From contig JAISYH010000018.1 in NCBI GenBank assembly GCA_031270015.1, positions 14,981 through 78,980 of the forward strand: a stretch of DNA of 64,000 nucleotides, given 5' to 3'. This document shows positions 22,046-31,891 of the stretch, piece after piece. The notes under the pieces were generated by a model. The model was not told where the DNA came from, ran no database searches, and saw nothing but the letters and a program-made list of their open reading frames with translations. The stretch is from Burkholderiales bacterium (GTDB taxonomy: Bacteria > Pseudomonadota > Gammaproteobacteria > Burkholderiales > Casimicrobiaceae). The translations under genes and the position numbers were made by a program. Every line of letters begins with the position of its first letter. Position 1 is the first letter of the stretch.

Positions 22046-22596
22046 AAAAAACGGTTGTTTGCGAACGCGCAACACCAACATTACCGCCCGAACCGATTCA
22101 TCAGCACGCGTTTTTGAGGCCGCCGCACCTGCTGTTTATTATTTTTTCGTTGTTGATCGCATTGTTGCTGAATCTTTTGCCGTTACCGCATTCGCTTCAG
22201 ATATGGTGTCCTGATTTCGTCGCGCTGGTACTGCTTTATTGGTGTATATGGTCACCTCGCCATATTGGAATTGTCGCAGGTTTCATGTTGGGCCTGTTGA
22301 TGGATGTCGCCGACGCAACGGTATTCGGACAACACGCGCTGCTTTACACATTGCTGGCGTTTGGCGCTGATTTTTTCCGGCGGCGATTACTGAGCTTCCC
22401 GTTATGGCAACAAACCATTTCTATGGCATTGTTACTGGAATTTTGCGCGGTTTTGATGTTTGTCGTACGGATGATGAGTGGCGGCGCGCCACCGTCATCA
22501 TCGTATTTCATCGTGCCGACATATAGCGCATTATTGTGGATACCCATGCAATATTTTTTACAATTGCCGCAACGCAGACCGTCCGGCAACAATTGA
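22042..22596 (+). CDS. mreD: Rod-shape-determining protein MreD
   Basis: A small multi-pass hydrophobic protein. Its ATG overlaps the mreC stop, in the canonical position. The start is uncertain. Confidence 0.75.
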   Translation: MKKTVVCERATPTLPPEPIHQHAFLRPPHLLFIIFSLLIALLLNLLPLPHSLQIWCPDFVALVLLYWCIWSPRHIGIVAGFMLGLLMDVADATVFGQHALLYTLLAFGADFFRRRLLSFPLWQQTISMALLLEFCAVLMFVVRMMSGGAPPSSSYFIVPTYSALLWIPMQYFLQLPQRRPSGNN

Positions 22597-22610
22597 CATA
22601 GGAGCGTGCG

Positions 22611-24578
22611 GTGGCTTTTTTCAGATGGCGGCAACGTTTTTCCCGCCGCATGTCAGCGAGAGAAACGTCCGACATGCGCGGCGGATTTCGGCAACGTTTA
22701 TGGTTTGCCGGATTATGTATGTTAATAGGTTTCGGTGCGCTGGCGACGCGATTCTATTATTTGCAAATCATTTCTCACCAGAAGTATCAAACACAAGCGG
22801 AAAACAATCGTATCGCCGTTCTGCCGATCGCGCCGTCGCGCGGCACGATCAGCGACCGCAATGGAACATTATTGGTACAAAACTATTCGGCATACACGTT
22901 GGAAATCGCGCCAGCAAAAATCGAAGATATCGAAACGACGCTGGGAAAATTAAATGAGATCATTGAAATCTCGCCGCGCGATTTGCGTCGTTTCCGTCGC
23001 GCGATGGAGGAAACGCGGTTTTCCGAAACGTTGCCGTTGCGCACCAAATTGACGGATGAGGAGGTTGCCCGTTTTGCCGTTTATAAATATCGTTTTCCAG
23101 GCGTCGAAATTCGCGCTCGTCTTTACCGGCAGTATCCGTATCAAAAAACCGCGTCGCATGTGCTCGGTTATATCGGGCGTATCAATGATCAAGATATCGA
23201 GAAATTGAGGCAGCGCGGCGATATTTCGAATTATCGCGGGACGAATCATATTGGCAAAACCGGTATTGAGCTGTCGTACGAAACGGCATTGCACGGCACG
23301 ATTGGATTTGAAGAAGTCGAAGTAGATGCGCTGGGGCGCAACGTGCGAACGCTGTCGAAAATTCCGCCGGTGGTTGGTGACAGTTTACAGCTTACAATCG
23401 ATTTGCCGTTGCAACGACTGGCGGAGACGGTGCTCGGTGGCATGAATGGCGCGGTAGTCGCCATCGTTCCGGCGACCGGAGAAATATTGGCAATGGCGTC
23501 GATGCCCGGTTTTGACCCAAATTTGTTCGTCGAAGGAATCGATGTGAGCAATTGGGATCGCTTGAATACTTCGCCGGACAAGCCTCTGCTCAATCGCGCG
23601 ATTCGTGGCGTATATCCGCCCGGCTCGACCATCAAGCCATTTTTGTCGTTGGCAGCATTGACTTCAGGGAAGCGCACGTCCAAGCAAGCGATAGACGATC
23701 CCGGATATTTTGAAATTTCTGGCGGCGCGGGCGGGCAGAAATACCGGTTCCGCGATGACAAGATTGGCGGGCACGGACGCGTGGATATGCACAAGGCAAT
23801 CGTCGAATCATGCGATACCTATTATTATATTTTGGCGAATGAAACGGATATCGACGATACTTTTCGTTTTCTCGCGCAATTCGGGTTTGGGCAGAAAACA
23901 GACGTGGATATCGACAACGAAAGCAAAGGCGTATTGCCGTCACGGGCGTGGAAACGCGAACGTTTTTCTGGCTCGCGCTATCGTGAGGAACATCGCCGTT
24001 GGTATCTCGGTGATTCGATTTCGGCAGGCATTGGTCAAGGATACAATAGTTTTACGCCGTTGCAGCTTGCTTACGCAACAGCGATCCTCGCCAATCAGGG
24101 CAAGGCGTATCGCCCTCATCTCGTCAAACGTATTGTCGACGGCGGTAGCGGCGAAATTCGTGAAATCGAACCGGAACGGGTTCGGGAGTTATCATTTCGC
24201 AAAGAACATCTCGATGTGATTCGTGACGCGATGATCGACGTCAACTTGAAAGGCACGGGTGCGCGTATTTTCAAGGATGCGCCTTATACCAGCGCCGGAA
24301 AAACCGGGACAGCGCAAGTTTTTTCGCTGCGCGGCGAACGCTATCAGGAGTTGAAAGTCAAAAGGCATTTACGTGATCACGCATTGTTCATTGTTTATGC
24401 GCCAGTGGAAAAACCGGAAATCGCGATTGCCGTGTTAGTGGAAAACGGTGGCTTCGGCGCACGCGCCGCGGCGCCGGTGGCGCGCAAATTGCTCGATTAT
24501 CATTTTACCGGCAAGCAGCCGAAAGACGGCGACGCGTTGAACAATGTGATCAAAGATGAAACGGGATGGGACGAGTAA
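22611..24578 (+). CDS. mrdA: Penicillin-binding protein 2 (elongasome transpeptidase)
   Basis: 'PSRGTISDRNG', SxxK motif 'GSTIKPF' and KTG motif 'GKTGTAQ'. The GTG start at 22611 is uncertain. Confidence 0.9.
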   Translation: MAFFRWRQRFSRRMSARETSDMRGGFRQRLWFAGLCMLIGFGALATRFYYLQIISHQKYQTQAENNRIAVLPIAPSRGTISDRNGTLLVQNYSAYTLEIAPAKIEDIETTLGKLNEIIEISPRDLRRFRRAMEETRFSETLPLRTKLTDEEVARFAVYKYRFPGVEIRARLYRQYPYQKTASHVLGYIGRINDQDIEKLRQRGDISNYRGTNHIGKTGIELSYETALHGTIGFEEVEVDALGRNVRTLSKIPPVVGDSLQLTIDLPLQRLAETVLGGMNGAVVAIVPATGEILAMASMPGFDPNLFVEGIDVSNWDRLNTSPDKPLLNRAIRGVYPPGSTIKPFLSLAALTSGKRTSKQAIDDPGYFEISGGAGGQKYRFRDDKIGGHGRVDMHKAIVESCDTYYYILANETDIDDTFRFLAQFGFGQKTDVDIDNESKGVLPSRAWKRERFSGSRYREEHRRWYLGDSISAGIGQGYNSFTPLQLAYATAILANQGKAYRPHLVKRIVDGGSGEIREIEPERVRELSFRKEHLDVIRDAMIDVNLKGTGARIFKDAPYTSAGKTGTAQVFSLRGERYQELKVKRHLRDHALFIVYAPVEKPEIAIAVLVENGGFGARAAAPVARKLLDYHFTGKQPKDGDALNNVIKDETGWDE

Positions 24579-25678
24579 TGTCGTTGGCGGACAAGGGGAT
24601 TTTATTTTGGAATCGGTTGACGCGGCATATTGATGCGCCGCTGATGGCGATCGTCCTGCTGATTCTTGCAATCGGTTGCGTCACTCTTTTCTCGGCGGTG
24701 GCGCCGGAAACCGGACGCTTTTGGCGGCAATTGAAAAATATCGGTTTGGCGCTGGTCGTGATGTGGGTGGTTGCCAATACGCCGCCACAGCGTATCGCGC
24801 AAGCGGCGATTCCGCTGTACATCATCGGTTTGCTATTATTGATCGCGGTTGAATTTTTCGGCATTACCGTGAACGGCTCTCAACGCTGGCTCAGTATCGC
24901 CGGTTTTCGTTTTCAGCCGTCGGAATTGATCAAACTTGCTGTGCCACTAATGCTGGCTTGGTATTTCCAGCGTTTTGAGGGACGTATTTATTGGTGGAAT
25001 TTTCTCATAGCGATGGCGCTGATTTTGTTGCCGACATGGTTGATTAAACAGCAACCCGATTTGGGGACGGCGTTATTAGTTCTTGCGTCGGGCTGTTATG
25101 TGCTGTATCTGGCGCGTTTGCCGTGGAAAGTGATTTTTCTGATGATTGGCACGTCGTTGCCGCTGATCTGGTATTTCGCGCACGATTATCAAAAACAAAG
25201 GGTATTTGCGTTTCTCGATCCGGCGGGCGATCCGCTGGTGTCCGGTTATCATACGCTGCAAGCGTCGATCGCAATCGGATCGGGCGGACTTTACGGCAAG
25301 GGATGGATGAACGGCACACAAACGCACCTGGAGTTTTTACCCGAACGGCATACCGACTTCATTTTCGCCGTGTATGGTGAAGAATTCGGATTTGTCGGTA
25401 ACGTGGTATTGTTATTACTGTATGCCGCGCTTTTGCTCCGCGCGCTGGCGATTGCTGATCACGCGCCGTCGCTGTTCAGCCGCTTGTTGGCGGGCGCGGT
25501 GGCGCTGATGCTGTTTACTTATACGGCGATCAACATGGGCATGGTCAGCGGTAGTTTGCCGGTGGTCGGTGTGCCGTTACCATTTATTTCTTTTGGCGGA
25601 ACGGCAATACTTTCGTTGTCCATTTGTATTGGTATATTGATGAGTATTCAGACGCACAAAAAATTCGTGTCCGAATGA
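24578..25678 (+). CDS. rodA: SEDS-family peptidoglycan polymerase RodA
   Basis: 'FQPSELIKLAVPLMLAWY', 'PDLGTALL', 'PERHTDFIFAVYGEEFGF' and 'GVPLPFISFGGTA'. There is a TAATG overlap with the mrdA stop. An alternative ATG lies at 24566. Confidence 0.9.
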   Translation: MSLADKGILFWNRLTRHIDAPLMAIVLLILAIGCVTLFSAVAPETGRFWRQLKNIGLALVVMWVVANTPPQRIAQAAIPLYIIGLLLLIAVEFFGITVNGSQRWLSIAGFRFQPSELIKLAVPLMLAWYFQRFEGRIYWWNFLIAMALILLPTWLIKQQPDLGTALLVLASGCYVLYLARLPWKVIFLMIGTSLPLIWYFAHDYQKQRVFAFLDPAGDPLVSGYHTLQASIAIGSGGLYGKGWMNGTQTHLEFLPERHTDFIFAVYGEEFGFVGNVVLLLLYAALLLRALAIADHAPSLFSRLLAGAVALMLFTYTAINMGMVSGSLPVVGVPLPFISFGGTAILSLSICIGILMSIQTHKKFVSE

Positions 25679-25700
25679 TGTTTTGAACAGGTTTGAATTC

Positions 25701-27287
25701 ATGCCCTTCCCGCCTCGCCCTGTGGTATTGATGATTCTCGACGGTTTCGGCGTACGCGATGACGCGCCCGATAACGCGGTGACGCGCGCCAAAATGCCGT
25801 TCTGGCGTTCATTGTGCGCGCGGTATCCGGCGACGACGCTGGACGCGTCGGAATCTTTCGTCGGTTTGCCGGAAGGACAAATGGGTAATTCGGAGGTCGG
25901 GCATCTGAACATCGGCGCGGGGCGCGTCGTTTGGCAGGATTTGACGCGCATCGACGGCGCGCTGGCGGCGGCGGAAAAGGGCGAACCGAACGAGTTGACG
26001 GATTCCATGGCATTCCAGCAAACGATAGCAGAAGCAAAACGGGGGCATGCCGTTTTACATGTTCTCGGTTTATTGTCAGCGGGTGGCGTGCATAGTCATG
26101 AGAAACATATTTTTGGCTTGATCCGCTTGGCTGCCGCGCAAGGTGTTGCGCGCATCCGCGTCCATGCGTTTCTCGATGGGCGCGATACGCCGCCACGCAG
26201 CGCGTCGTCGTCGCTGATGGCATTGCAGCGTGTTTGTGACGCGTTGCCTGCGGGACAAGTGAGGATTGCGTCGATTTGCGGGCGCTACTACGCGATGGAC
26301 CGCGATCGCCGTTGGGACAGGACGGAACGCGCTTATCGGTTGTTGACCGAAGGCGATAGCGAATTTCGTTTCGACGACGCGCAAACGGCGTTGCAGGCGG
26401 CATATGCGCGCGGCGAAAACGACGAATTCGTACAGCCGACTGCGTTGAACGCGCCGGCGGGCGACACATCGCATGGTATCGATGATGGCGACACCGTGAT
26501 GTTCATGAATTTCCGAGCCGACCGCGCGCGGCAATTGGTTCATGCGTTGACCGATATTGAATTCAATGGCTTTGTTCGCCGCCGTTTCCCTGAATTGACG
26601 GCATTTGCCACGCTGACGTTTTACGGCGACGCGTTGGCGTCGTTACCGGTGATGTTTGCTTCGCAAAGCATCGAAAACGGGCTGGGCGAATATTTATCCA
26701 AACGAAGGTTGAAGCAGTTGCGCATCGCCGAAACGGAGAAATACGCGCACGTGACTTATTTTTTCAGCGGTGGCGTTGAAGCGGTTTTGCCTGGTGAAGA
26801 ACGTATTTTGGTGCCGTCTCCGAAGGTTGCCACTTATGATTTGCAGCCGGCAATGAGCGCGCCGGAAGTGACCGACAAGTTAATCGACGCCATCGAAAGC
26901 GGGCGCTTTGATTTTATCGTCGTCAACTACGCGAACGGTGATATGGTCGGGCATAGCGGCAAACTGGAAGCGGCTGTCGCCGCATTGGAAACGGTCGATC
27001 AATGTCTGCGGCGGGTGGTAACCGCGCTACGGAAAGAAGGCGGGGAAGCGCTGATCACGGCGGATCACGGCAATGCGGAGATGATGTTCGATCCTGAAAC
27101 ACAACAGCCACATACCGCACATACATTGAATCCGGTACCGCTGGTGTATGTCGGACGCGCCGCGACGCTGGCGTCAGGCGGCGCATTGCGTGACTTGGCG
27201 CCAAGCGCGCTTACCCTGATGGGCTTGCCCAAACCGCCGGAAATGGACGGGCGGTCTTTGATAACGCTTACGGAAAAAGCATCATAA
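25701..27287 (+). CDS. gpmI: 2,3-bisphosphoglycerate-independent phosphoglycerate mutase
   Basis: 'VVLMILDGFG', 'GNSEVGHLNIGAGR', 'NYANGDMVGHSG' and 'ITADHGNAE'. Confidence 0.9.
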   Translation: MPFPPRPVVLMILDGFGVRDDAPDNAVTRAKMPFWRSLCARYPATTLDASESFVGLPEGQMGNSEVGHLNIGAGRVVWQDLTRIDGALAAAEKGEPNELTDSMAFQQTIAEAKRGHAVLHVLGLLSAGGVHSHEKHIFGLIRLAAAQGVARIRVHAFLDGRDTPPRSASSSLMALQRVCDALPAGQVRIASICGRYYAMDRDRRWDRTERAYRLLTEGDSEFRFDDAQTALQAAYARGENDEFVQPTALNAPAGDTSHGIDDGDTVMFMNFRADRARQLVHALTDIEFNGFVRRRFPELTAFATLTFYGDALASLPVMFASQSIENGLGEYLSKRRLKQLRIAETEKYAHVTYFFSGGVEAVLPGEERILVPSPKVATYDLQPAMSAPEVTDKLIDAIESGRFDFIVVNYANGDMVGHSGKLEAAVAALETVDQCLRRVVTALRKEGGEALITADHGNAEMMFDPETQQPHTAHTLNPVPLVYVGRAATLASGGALRDLAPSALTLMGLPKPPEMDGRSLITLTEKAS

Positions 27288-27374
27288 GCGCGCGAATGAC
27301 GACAAACGGTTGCGTTATACTGTTTAACTTGCGCCAAGTTGGGCGCGTTCCGAGAATTTTGAGTTGATACTGTC

Positions 27375-28808
27375 ATGCGAGATTTTTTGAAAAAAAGTGG
27401 ATTGATTGGATTGAGCGTACTGCTGGGTGTTTTGCTCAGCGTTCATCTTTCGGCGATTGCCAATCAAGAAAGCAAGCAAACGATTCCTTATGAAGATTTG
27501 CAATTGTTGGCGTCGGTTTTCGGGAAGATCAAAAGTAATTACGTCGAGGAAGTGTCCGACGAAAAGCTCATCCGTGAAGCAATCAACGGCATGGTACGAG
27601 GGCTTGACCCGCATTCGGAATTTCTGGTCGGCAAAGAACTGGAAGACCTCAAAATTTCCACGCAGGGCAAATTCGGCGGATTGGGTATCGAAGTAACTAC
27701 CGAAGATGGCGTCGTCAAAGTGGTGTCGCCGATCGAAGATACGCCCGCGTTTCGCGCTGGAATCCAGGCGGGCGATTTGATCATCAAAATCGACGAAACC
27801 GTAACACGAGGGCTACCGTTGACCAAAGCGGTGGAAATGATGCGCGGCAAGCCGGGAACCAGAGTGAAACTGACGGTAGCGCGCAAAGACGAACCCGCGC
27901 CGCTGGAATTCAATATCAAACGCGAGATCATCAACGTCAAAAGTGTGATCGCCAAGATCATCGAACCAAATTACGGTTATATTCGTGTTCGCAACTTTCA
28001 AGAGCGTACCGGCGAAGAAGTCGCCAACGCCGTTCGCGCGTTTTATCAAGAGGCGCCGCTCAAAGGGTTAATATTAGATGTGCGTAGCGACCCGGGCGGA
28101 TTGCTCGAGCAAGCGGTAGCCGTGTCGGCGGTCTTTTTGCCAAGAGAACAACTGATTGTGTATACACAAGGGCGCGTTGCCGACGCGCGCATGGAATTGA
28201 AATCGCGGCGCAGCGACTATATAAGAAATCCGATTGCCAAAGATTATATTGCTGATTTGCCGGAGGCGATCAAAATCGTGCCGATGGTGGTACTGATTGA
28301 CGCGGGATCGGCGTCGGCGGCAGAGATCGTTGCTGGCGCGTTGCAGGATCATAAGCGGGCGACGCTGATGGGCGCGCCGTCGTTTGGCAAAGGGTCAGTG
28401 CAAACCGTGATGAAAGTCGATGATCAACATATGCTTAAGCTGACGACGGCGCATTACTTTACGCCATCCGGACGCTCGATTCAGGCAAAAGGCATCGACC
28501 CCGATATTTTGATCGACGACGGGCGCGATATTCTTCGTGTGCGCGAAGCCAATCTCCAGAGCCATTTGGAAACGCCGAATAATGGTGAAACAACCAAAGC
28601 CGCGCCGACAGAGGAAAACGACAATGAGGAGGAAGGAAAAAGCGAAGAAAAGCCGCGTATCAAACCCGTGCGCTTCGAATTCGGCGGCGAAAAAGATTTC
28701 CAGCTGGAGCAAGCGCTCAATCAGTTAAAAGGCTTGCCCGTTCTTCTTACGCGGGAGAATGCCGAGGAAGACGAAGCTGCGGCGCCAAAAGACACGACGA
28801 AAGAATAA
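27375..28808 (+). CDS. ctpA: S41-family carboxy-terminal processing protease
   Basis: A signal anchor, the PDZ segment 'FGGLGIEV...GDLIIKID', and the catalytic region 'DAGSASAAEIVAGALQDHKRATLMGAPSFGKGSVQ'. Confidence 0.85.
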   Translation: MRDFLKKSGLIGLSVLLGVLLSVHLSAIANQESKQTIPYEDLQLLASVFGKIKSNYVEEVSDEKLIREAINGMVRGLDPHSEFLVGKELEDLKISTQGKFGGLGIEVTTEDGVVKVVSPIEDTPAFRAGIQAGDLIIKIDETVTRGLPLTKAVEMMRGKPGTRVKLTVARKDEPAPLEFNIKREIINVKSVIAKIIEPNYGYIRVRNFQERTGEEVANAVRAFYQEAPLKGLILDVRSDPGGLLEQAVAVSAVFLPREQLIVYTQGRVADARMELKSRRSDYIRNPIAKDYIADLPEAIKIVPMVVLIDAGSASAAEIVAGALQDHKRATLMGAPSFGKGSVQTVMKVDDQHMLKLTTAHYFTPSGRSIQAKGIDPDILIDDGRDILRVREANLQSHLETPNNGETTKAAPTEENDNEEEGKSEEKPRIKPVRFEFGGEKDFQLEQALNQLKGLPVLLTRENAEEDEAAAPKDTTKE

Positions 28809-28857
28809 TTGCTTTCTTGGGGGAAAAGTTAGGGAAGAATTCTTGGCGTAAAGGAAA

Positions 28858-29073
28858 GTGAAGACGGTAATACCAGAAATAATGGGCATTGAGGGAAGAA
28901 TCGAAGGAACAAGATATAAAATCGCTTTCAGCAAAGTTGAAATGTTCTCGTTCGTGTCCTATGAAAAGGATGCAATACACTTGGCGGTCACCAGAGCTAA
29001 AATTACGATTACAAACTATCGCGGCGGGCGGAGCTTTTCCACGAATATCCGTTCTAACAATAAAGCGGTATAG
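28858..29073 (+). CDS. Possible small ORF (71 codons from a GTG; an internal ATG lies at 28882) coupled to the downstream nuclease-like gene
   Basis: It stops 3 nt before the ATG at 29077, and an AGGA lies just upstream of the GTG. I recognise no motif, so coding status is unproven. Confidence 0.25.
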   Translation: MKTVIPEIMGIEGRIEGTRYKIAFSKVEMFSFVSYEKDAIHLAVTRAKITITNYRGGRSFSTNIRSNNKAV

Positions 29074-29076
29074 GTT

Positions 29077-29973
29077 ATGGGAAAAGAATTAGCATACTGC
29101 GTATCTGAAATAGAAAAAATGCTTTCTCGTTCAACAACGAAAGTAATTTTCCCAATAATCACTTTTGGTTTAGTAAAATCTTTTTGTGAAACCCAAAATG
29201 ATTTTTTTACTGATGCCGATGTAAGGTGTTGCTATAAAAATGCAGTACAATACTTTAAAAAATATTTAGGGCATTCTCTTCATATTGGCGGTAAGTATTA
29301 TGATGCTTATCCTTCAAGAAACCTTCCAAAATATGGCGTATTGAAAACGTTAGACAATAAGCAATACAGATTAACGGATGAATATAAAAAGTCCGCGACT
29401 GAATTGGTCGCTTTGATTCCTAAATTGGTAAAAGATTTCATTTCTGCCAAAATGGGACAAATTCCAAATCTCGAAAATATCGATGACAGACTTATAATAG
29501 CCAAAGAGAAAGATGAGTTTTTGCAACTAATTCAACAACAGATAGATATCAATCCTTCTAATTTTGAAATTTTTTCGTTCGCTGTTCTGAAAACCCATTT
29601 GGAAAAATTTGCCTGCAAGCTCTATCGAGATACAAGAACTTCTGCGCACGACAAAGGGGTTGATTTAAGTACCAATTTTGGCGTTGTATATCAAATTAAA
29701 AAACTAAAATTATTAAATCAAAGCAACGTCGATGCCTTATTCAAGGAACTTCAAACCAATTTTTCTGATGAGCGCATAAAAGACGGAAACGTTGTGTTGA
29801 TCATTGACGACATAACAAAAGACGTAAAAAAGTACTTGATAAATATGAAAGTTCAGTCGTTGTCGAAAGAAGATATTTTGAGTATTGCTTCGTTATTTGA
29901 AATAGAAGAACGATTGAAGGTTTTGCGAGTGATTTTTGATGAATTTTCAAGAGAATACAAAAGCGATATTTGA
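29077..29973 (+). CDS. Hypothetical protein with a C-terminal Mrr-like (PD-(D/E)xK) restriction-endonuclease domain and an unknown N-terminal half
   Basis: 'FEIFSFAVLKTHLEKFACKLYRDTRTSAHDKGVDLSTNFGVVYQIKKLK' parallels the Mrr pattern (FE..., DGGIDG, xQxKR). G+C is very low (18 of 60 nt at 29101-29160). It is followed by a hairpin terminator. Confidence 0.5.
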   Translation: MGKELAYCVSEIEKMLSRSTTKVIFPIITFGLVKSFCETQNDFFTDADVRCCYKNAVQYFKKYLGHSLHIGGKYYDAYPSRNLPKYGVLKTLDNKQYRLTDEYKKSATELVALIPKLVKDFISAKMGQIPNLENIDDRLIIAKEKDEFLQLIQQQIDINPSNFEIFSFAVLKTHLEKFACKLYRDTRTSAHDKGVDLSTNFGVVYQIKKLKLLNQSNVDALFKELQTNFSDERIKDGNVVLIIDDITKDVKKYLINMKVQSLSKEDILSIASLFEIEERLKVLRVIFDEFSREYKSDI

Positions 29974-30049
29974 TCTGAAAAGACAAATCGATGGGGGAAA
30001 ATACCGTTATTTCTAATTATTTATTTTCTCAGAAGTTTCAAAAAAAGCA

Positions 30050-30069
30050 TGAACAGCTAAGCCTGTTCA
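30050..30069. terminator. Bidirectional rho-independent terminator hairpin
   Basis: TGAACAG-ctaagc-CTGTTCA is a perfect 7-bp stem. An A/T-rich tail follows on the + strand and TGCTTTTTTT follows on the - strand, downstream of the GspE-like gene. Confidence 0.55.
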
Positions 30070-30103
30070 AATAAAAAATAATTTTTACGTCGGCACATTA
30101 TTA

Positions 30104-31891
30104 TCATACCGGCACGTTCTTCAACACTTCTTCCGCCGTAGTCGTGCCTTCGATAATTTTCAACGCGCCGGAGATACGCAGCGCGCGCATCCCTTCTTTG
30201 TACGCTTGCGAACGCAAAGAGGCGTCGTCGGAATGCTTATAAGTCAATTCGCGGAGACCCGCCGTCATTTCCATGATTTCATATAAGCCGATGCGTCCGA
30301 GATAGCCGGTCATTCGGCAGTCAAGGCAGCCGACGGCGCGATATACTTTTTCGGGACGCTTGATATTGAATGAACGTGTCAACGCCGTCCACGCCGCTTC
30401 ATCGACAACGCCGTCCAATGTTTTGCATTTCGGGCATAGCGTTCGAACGAGGCGTTGCGCCATGACACCGAGTAACGTGGAATTGATCAGATAACCTGGC
30501 ACACCGAGATCGAGCAAACGGGTCAGCGCGCTCGGCGCGTCGTTGGTGTGCAACGTGGATAACACCAAATGTCCCGTCAAAGCCGCTTGTACCGCCATGT
30601 CCGCTGTCGCTTTGTCGCGGATTTCACCGACCATGATAATGTCAGGGTCCTGCCGCAACAAGGTGCGCACGCCGGCGGCGAAATCGACGCCGATGGCGTG
30701 ATGCACCTGCATTTGGTTGATCAGCGGTTCGATCATTTCGATTGGATCTTCGATCGTGCAGACATTAACTTCCGGTTTGGCGAGCAGGCGCAATGTCGAA
30801 TAAAGCGTCGTCGTTTTTCCGGAACCGGTTGGTCCCGTGACCAAAATGATGCCGTTTGCGGCGGTGATAAAGCGATCCCAGAAATCGCGGTCGTCTTCGG
30901 AAAAACCGAGATCGGAAAAACTGCGGACTAGAACCTCCGGTGTAAAAATCCGCATCACGATTTTTTCGCCGAACGCGGTCGGCATGGTTGATACGCGCAA
31001 GTCGATTTCCTTGCCGTTGGACGAAGTTTTGACCCGTCCGTCTTGCGGACGCCGTTTTTCGACGATTTCCATACGAGCCAGAAGTTTGATGCGCGACGTT
31101 GCCGCCAATAATACGGGAATTGGCAGGTTGTATACGGCGTGCAAGATGCCATCGATTCTGAAACGGACGATACCGACATCGCGGCGCGGCTCGATGTGGA
31201 TGTCGGAGGCGCGTTGTTCGAAAGCGTATTGCCACAGCCAGTCAACGATGGTGACGATGTGGCGGTCGTTCGCGTCGAGGTGTCCGGTATTGCCGAGTTC
31301 GACGAGTTGTTCAAAGTTGCTGGTGATCGTAGCGCCGGCATTTTTGTGCTGCGCTTGTTTCATTGAGCGCGCCAGCGAATAGAACTCGCCGATGTAGCGA
31401 CGAATATCGGCAGGATTGGCGAATACGATTTCAATGTCGCGTTTCAAAAAACGGCTCAATTCATCCATCCAATCGCGGACGAACGGTTCGCCCGTGGCGA
31501 CGACGACTTTAGTATCGGTGACGGCGACGGGAAGAATGCGATAACGCTCTGCGTAAGCGTTCGACATGGTTTGGGTCACGGCGTACATGTCGATTTTTAA
31601 GGGATCGATGTGAAAATAAGGAACGCCCAATTTTCCAGCCAGCCATTTCACCAGCGCTTCGACAGTCAATTCTTCATACGGCTCTTTCAAGGATTTCCAT
31701 TGCTGCATGGCAATGCGTTCCAGCGGTTCGCCGAAACGGTGCGCCTTTACTTTGGTCAATCTTTTGGCGGCATCCGCCGAAATGATGCCGTCGGCGATGA
31801 GCAATTTCAAAATATCGTTCAATTGCAAGTGACGACCGATGGAACGTTCTTTTTCAGCGAACGGCTGTGTCGAATGAGTAGTGGTGTTCAT
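30104..31891 (-). CDS. GspE/PilB-family secretion ATPase (T2SS/T4P assembly ATPase family) with no partner genes nearby
   Basis: 595 aa with a T2SSE_N-like N-terminus, Walker A '[10 protein letters not shown]', Asp box 'IEDPIE', Walker B '[10 protein letters not shown]', His box '[13 protein letters not shown]', and the tetracysteine 'CPKC...[12 protein letters not shown]'. Confidence 0.85.
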   Translation of the reverse strand: MNTTTHSTQPFAEKERSIGRHLQLNDILKLLIADGIISADAAKRLTKVKAHRFGEPLERIAMQQWKSLKEPYEELTVEALVKWLAGKLGVPYFHIDPLKIDMYAVTQTMSNAYAERYRILPVAVTDTKVVVATGEPFVRDWMDELSRFLKRDIEIVFANPADIRRYIGEFYSLARSMKQAQHKNAGATITSNFEQLVELGNTGHLDANDRHIVTIVDWLWQYAFEQRASDIHIEPRRDVGIVRFRIDGILHAVYNLPIPVLLAATSRIKLLARMEIVEKRRPQDGRVKTSSNGKEIDLRVSTMPTAFGEKIVMRIFTPEVLVRSFSDLGFSEDDRDFWDRFITAANGIILVTGPTGSGKTTTLYSTLRLLAKPEVNVCTIEDPIEMIEPLINQMQVHHAIGVDFAAGVRTLLRQDPDIIMVGEIRDKATADMAVQAALTGHLVLSTLHTNDAPSALTRLLDLGVPGYLINSTLLGVMAQRLVRTLCPKCKTLDGVVDEAAWTALTRSFNIKRPEKVYRAVGCLDCRMTGYLGRIGLYEIMEMTAGLRELTYKHSDDASLRSQAYKEGMRALRISGALKIIEGTTTAEEVLKNVPV

